NCBI GenBank assembly: GCA_034423015.1
Contig: DAOUJG010000039.1
Coordinates: 75,633-139,632, forward strand
Direction: 5' to 3'
DNA length: 64,000 nt
Source: Dehalococcoidia bacterium
GTDB taxonomy: Bacteria > Chloroflexota > Dehalococcoidia > Lucifugimonadales > JAGWBF01
Part shown: in pieces, positions 60,812 to 64,000 of the stretch
Layout of the letters: each line of letters opens with the position of its first letter
Position numbering within the stretch: the stretch's first letter is position 1
Notes under the pieces: generated by a model
The model's database searches: none
What the model was told of the DNA's origin: nothing
What the model saw: the letters and a program-made list of their open reading frames with translations, nothing else
Position numbers and translations under genes: made by a program

Positions 60812-61576
60812 TCAGTGTGCTCCCGACCCGGCTCCGCCGTCCACCAGGAAGGTGCTGCCGCTGACGAAGGACGCCTCGTCGGAGGCCAGGAACAGCACCA
60901 TGTTAGCAATCTCTTCGGGCTTGCCCGCGCGGCCCATGGGGTGCTCCCGGCCGCGGTTATCGAACTCCATGGTGCTGGCCGTGCTGCCGCGCATCTGGGG
61001 CGTGTCGATGGGGCCGGGGGCGATGGCGTTTATGCGTATGCCCTGGGAGGTGTACTGGGCCGCCGCCGTGGTCGTCAGGTGGATGACCCCCGCCTTGCTC
61101 ACGCCGTATGGCAGGGACGTGCCGTAGCCCCGGAGGCCCGCCTGGGAGGAGATGTTCACTATGGAGCCCCCGCCGCTCTGGACCATCGCCGGTATGGCGT
61201 ACTTGCAGCAGAAGAAGAGCCCCTTCAGGTTGGTGGACATGATCAGGTCCCAGTCGCGCTCGTCCACCTCGGCCAGGGGAGGGGTGCGGATGAGTATGGC
61301 GGCGGCGTTCACCAGGGCGTCCAGCCGGCCGAAGCGGGCGACGGTGGCGTCCACCATCGCCTTGACGCTGTCGGGCTTGGACACGTCCACGGGGACGAAG
61401 CACACGTTGTCGCCGTACTCCCCTGCCATGGAGACCGTCTCCTGGCCGCCCCGGGGGTTGCGGTCTGCCACCGCCACCCTGGCGCCCTCCTCCAGGAACC
61501 GTAGGGCGGTGACGCGGCCGATCCCCGAGGAGCCTCCCGTGACGATGGCCACCTTGTCCTTGAGCCTGTCTGCCAT
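60812..61576 (-). CDS. SDR-family oxidoreductase, copy 1
   Basis: VAIVTGGSSGIG (TGxxxGxG), NAA, S...YGVSK (YxxxK), PGPIDTP. Confidence 0.9.
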   Translation of the reverse strand: MADRLKDKVAIVTGGSSGIGRVTALRFLEEGARVAVADRNPRGGQETVSMAGEYGDNVCFVPVDVSKPDSVKAMVDATVARFGRLDALVNAAAILIRTPPLAEVDERDWDLIMSTNLKGLFFCCKYAIPAMVQSGGGSIVNISSQAGLRGYGTSLPYGVSKAGVIHLTTTAAAQYTSQGIRINAIAPGPIDTPQMRGSTASTMEFDNRGREHPMGRAGKPEEIANMVLFLASDEASFVSGSTFLVDGGAGSGAH

Positions 61577-61632
61577 GCTTCGACCCCCGCCGGGTATTAC
61601 GATATGAACGGACCCGCCTGCGGGCTGGCCAC

Positions 61633-61662
61633 ATTATAGGTCGGGCCCGCAGACTTGGTCAA
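61633..61662 (-). promoter_or_regulatory. promoter candidate for SDR copy 1 (TTGACC-18-TATAAT on the minus strand)
   Basis: The minus-strand -10 TATAAT corresponds to plus-strand 61633-61638. The -35 TTGACC corresponds to 61657-61662, inside a 14-bp tandem duplication. Confidence 0.5.
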
Positions 61663-61712
61663 CGACGGGGGGTCAACGACGGGACCGCGGCGGTACGGGC
61701 CGGGAGGGCCGG

Positions 61713-61721
61713 TGTTATAAT
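61713..61721 (+). promoter_or_regulatory. consensus extended -10 (TGtTATAAT) for the aldolase/SDR2 operon
   Basis: TG at 61713-61714, TATAAT at 61716-61721, 44 nt upstream of ATG 61765. Confidence 0.5.
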
Positions 61722-61764
61722 ATGGCCTGTTCCGTACAACGCAGCAATCCAGGAAGGAGGCGCC

Positions 61765-62556
61765 ATGGCCAGCGGAAGGGGAGTACCGGTCAACAAGACC
61801 AAAGCCAAGGCCCAGGCGGGCCAGATAGCCCAGGGGGCCCTCATGACGTTCCACTCCCCCGAGACGGTGGAGATGCTGGGCGCATTGGGCTTCGACTTCG
61901 TCACCCTGGACCTGGAGCACGAAGCCTACGACGAGCTGGCCCTGGTGCACAGCATACGGGCCGCCGAGGCCTTCGGCATGACCGCCATCGTGCGCCTGGC
62001 CAACGACCCGGACCTGGTTCTGCGCCTGCTGGACGGCGGGGCCCAGGGCATCCACATCCCCCGGGTGAACACCAAGCGGGACGCCGAGCAGGCGGTGGAG
62101 GCCAGCCGGTTCTACCCCCAGGGAAAGCGCACCTTCTACGCCACCGGCCGGTCGGGCAGCTATGGGCTGGGCATGACCGAAGAGGAGTACGCCGAGGCAT
62201 CCAATCGCGAGACCCTGGTGATCCTCCAGGTCGAGGAGCAGGAGGGCATCGAGAACCTGGACGACATACTGTCGGTGGACGGGGTGGACGCCATCCAGTT
62301 CGGCCCCAAGGACCTGTGGCAGTCCATGGGGATGCCCGACCGCAGCGAGGTGTGGAAGATCATAGACGCGTCCCTCATCAAGGTGGCCGAGGCCGGCAGG
62401 TGGGGGAGCATGGTGTGCTGGATGGACTCGGACGTGAAGACGGCGCAGGCCAGGTACAAAGAGCAGGGCGTGCGCCTGGTCACCGTATCCCCCAAGGAGC
62501 TTCTGGCCCACGGCGCCGGGTTCTACCTGGGCCAGGCCTCCCAGGCGAGCGGCTAG
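61765..62556 (+). CDS. HpcH/HpaI aldolase/citrate-lyase family protein
   Basis: PETVEMLGALGFDFVTLDLEHE, IVRLANDP, GAQGIHIPRVNT, VDAIQFGPKDL. RBS aggaagg. Confidence 0.85.
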   Translation: MASGRGVPVNKTKAKAQAGQIAQGALMTFHSPETVEMLGALGFDFVTLDLEHEAYDELALVHSIRAAEAFGMTAIVRLANDPDLVLRLLDGGAQGIHIPRVNTKRDAEQAVEASRFYPQGKRTFYATGRSGSYGLGMTEEEYAEASNRETLVILQVEEQEGIENLDDILSVDGVDAIQFGPKDLWQSMGMPDRSEVWKIIDASLIKVAEAGRWGSMVCWMDSDVKTAQARYKEQGVRLVTVSPKELLAHGAGFYLGQASQASG

Positions 62557-62602
62557 CCAGTATCCCGGCTTACCAGATCCCGGCTAGAGGAGGCGGTTGG
62601 AC

Positions 62603-63379
62603 ATGGCCTACACAGGTCTCAGCTTGGAGGGCCAGGTGGCCCTGGTCACCGGTTCGGCGAGGGGCATCGGCAAGGCGCTGGCCATCGGGTTGGCGGAGGC
62701 CGGGGCCGACGTGGCCGTATCGGACATCCCGTCGATGCTGGAGGAGGCCAGGACCACCCAGCAGATGGTGGAGAGCAAGGGCAAGAGGTGCCGGACCTAT
62801 GCCCTGGACGTCCTGGACGTGGGGAACATCAACGGCACCGTCAACCAGGTGGTGGCCGACTTCGGACGCCTGGACATTCTGGTGAACAACGCCGGAATCC
62901 GGGTCCGCCGCCTGGCCCTGGAGGTGACGCCCGAGGACTGGGACGCCGTGATCGACACCAACCTGAAGGGCACGTTCTTCTGCGCCCAGGCGGCCGCCCG
63001 TCACATGGTCGACCAGGGCGGGGGACGCATCATCAACATCGCCTCCCAGATGGGCACGGTGGGGGCCACACAGCGGGCTGCCTACTGCGCCAGCAAGGGC
63101 GGCGTGGTCAACCTGACCAAGGTGCTGGCCCTGGAGTGGATCCAGCACGGGATAACGGTCAACGCCATCGGCCCCGGGCCAACCTCGACCCCGGGGATGC
63201 TGGCCGCGGATACCCGGAGCGCCGAGGAGGTGGCCCAGGACATGGAGTTCCACATGCCCCTGGGACGCCGCATGGAGCCCGAGGAGCTGGTGGGCGCCTG
63301 CGTGTACCTGGCAAGCCCCTCGGCCGGGGCCACCACGGGACACCACCTCATAGTGGACGGCGGCTGGACGGCCCTGTAG
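62603..63379 (+). CDS. SDR-family oxidoreductase, copy 2
   Basis: VALVTGSARGIG, NNAG, S...YCASK, PGPTSTP. ATG 62603 preferred over TTG 62597. Confidence 0.9.
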   Translation: MAYTGLSLEGQVALVTGSARGIGKALAIGLAEAGADVAVSDIPSMLEEARTTQQMVESKGKRCRTYALDVLDVGNINGTVNQVVADFGRLDILVNNAGIRVRRLALEVTPEDWDAVIDTNLKGTFFCAQAAARHMVDQGGGRIINIASQMGTVGATQRAAYCASKGGVVNLTKVLALEWIQHGITVNAIGPGPTSTPGMLAADTRSAEEVAQDMEFHMPLGRRMEPEELVGACVYLASPSAGATTGHHLIVDGGWTAL

Positions 63380-63423
63380 CGCCCCTTCTCCCCTGATGGG
63401 AGGGGGTCAGGATTAGGGGGACG

Positions 63424-63753
63424 ATGGCCTACAGCGAAGAGACCGCCCAACGGGTACGCGGCCTTCTGGCCAGGGAGCCGGGCCTCTCGGAGCGCAAGAT
63501 GTTCGGCGGCCTCTGCTTCATGGTCTCGGGAAACATGGCCTGCGGCGTGTTGAACGACGACCTCGTCGTGCGGGTCGGGGCCAAGGGGCACGAGGACGCC
63601 GTCAGCCAACCCCACGCCAGGCCCATGGACGTCACGGGCCGCCCCATGAAGGGCATGGTCTACGTGGGCCCCGGCGGACTCGAATCCCCCGAGGACCTGA
63701 AGGACTGGGTGGGGCGCGGCCTGGGGTTCGCCCGGTCGCTGCCGCCCAAGTAG
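63424..63753 (+). CDS. TfoX N-terminal-domain protein
   Basis: 109 aa; ERKMFGGLCFMVSGNMACGV...LVVRVG fits the TfoX_N pattern. Confidence 0.65.
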   Translation: MAYSEETAQRVRGLLAREPGLSERKMFGGLCFMVSGNMACGVLNDDLVVRVGAKGHEDAVSQPHARPMDVTGRPMKGMVYVGPGGLESPEDLKDWVGRGLGFARSLPPK

Positions 63754-63926
63754 CCGGCACGACTCCGGCTCTCCGGGGCCGGGACACACTTTATTCCGCA
63801 GTCTCCCCCGGGGCATCGGGGCCGCTGGACGCTCCCCACGGCGTGGGCTATAATTCCGGTGCCGCCCGCAGTCATTTCCGTTGAGCCGCACGTCCCAGGG
63901 GGCGGGACTATTCGAGGAGGACGGAC

Positions 63927-64000
63927 ATGAAGAGTATCGAGCTGGACTACAGCAAGCGTTGCGCTGACGAGCCATCCAAGGGGCACAATCGCTGGCACCC
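63927..64000 (+). CDS. acetamidase/formamidase family protein (5' fragment, runs off the window)
   Basis: MKSIELDYSKRCADEPSKGHNRWH matches the FmdA/AmdA N-terminal ...GHNRWHP signature. RBS gaggagg 6 nt upstream. Confidence 0.6.
   Translation, partial: MKSIELDYSKRCADEPSKGHNRWH

Overview
This is a gene-dense 64-kb bacterial chromosomal segment with high G+C: about 65% by spot counts on single 60-nt lines, with three patches at roughly 40-57%. Long antisense shadow ORFs are common and were ignored wherever a recognisable family ORF occupies the other strand.

The coding content is dominated by paralog-rich genes for C-N bond hydrolysis and N-heterocycle or ureide-type catabolism:
- 4 amidase-signature amidases
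- 3 metal amidohydrolases with near-identical N-termini
- 2 PuuE-like deacetylases
- hydantoinase/oxoprolinase A+B
- gamma-glutamyltransferase
- an M20 amidohydrolase
- a partial formamidase
- an XDH/CoxL-type molybdopterin subunit
- 2 LLM flavin monooxygenases
- an enolase-superfamily enzyme
- 2 VOC proteins, 2 SDRs and an HpcH aldolase
- two family-5 ABC uptake sets (SBP plus 2 permeases, no ATPase)

One tmRNA (ssrA) with its own terminator is present.

Most notable observations:
1. A triplicated DUF1800-(DUF1501)-NHL propeller cassette without signal peptides sits in the uptake and amidohydrolase clusters.
2. A 3,372-bp IS6-like transposon has 21-bp inverted repeats and a perfect 8-bp target duplication. 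It carries six passenger ORFs, including a DUF4258/DUF2283 TA-like pair.
3. A low-GC islet encodes a membrane-anchored Mrr-cat nuclease and a partner protein.
4. A 30-bp direct repeat duplicates the 3' end of the enolase-family gene around a 0.74-kb insert.
5. One SBP gene has its lipoprotein signal peptide out of frame with the mature domain.
6. Tandem duplications of 14-18 bp recur in 5' leaders.
7. One intergenic region holds a cluster of REP-like repeats.

The tmRNA tag (...RELALAA) and the paralog expansions suggest a Chloroflexota (SAR202-like) organism. This is inference only. No database search was possible.
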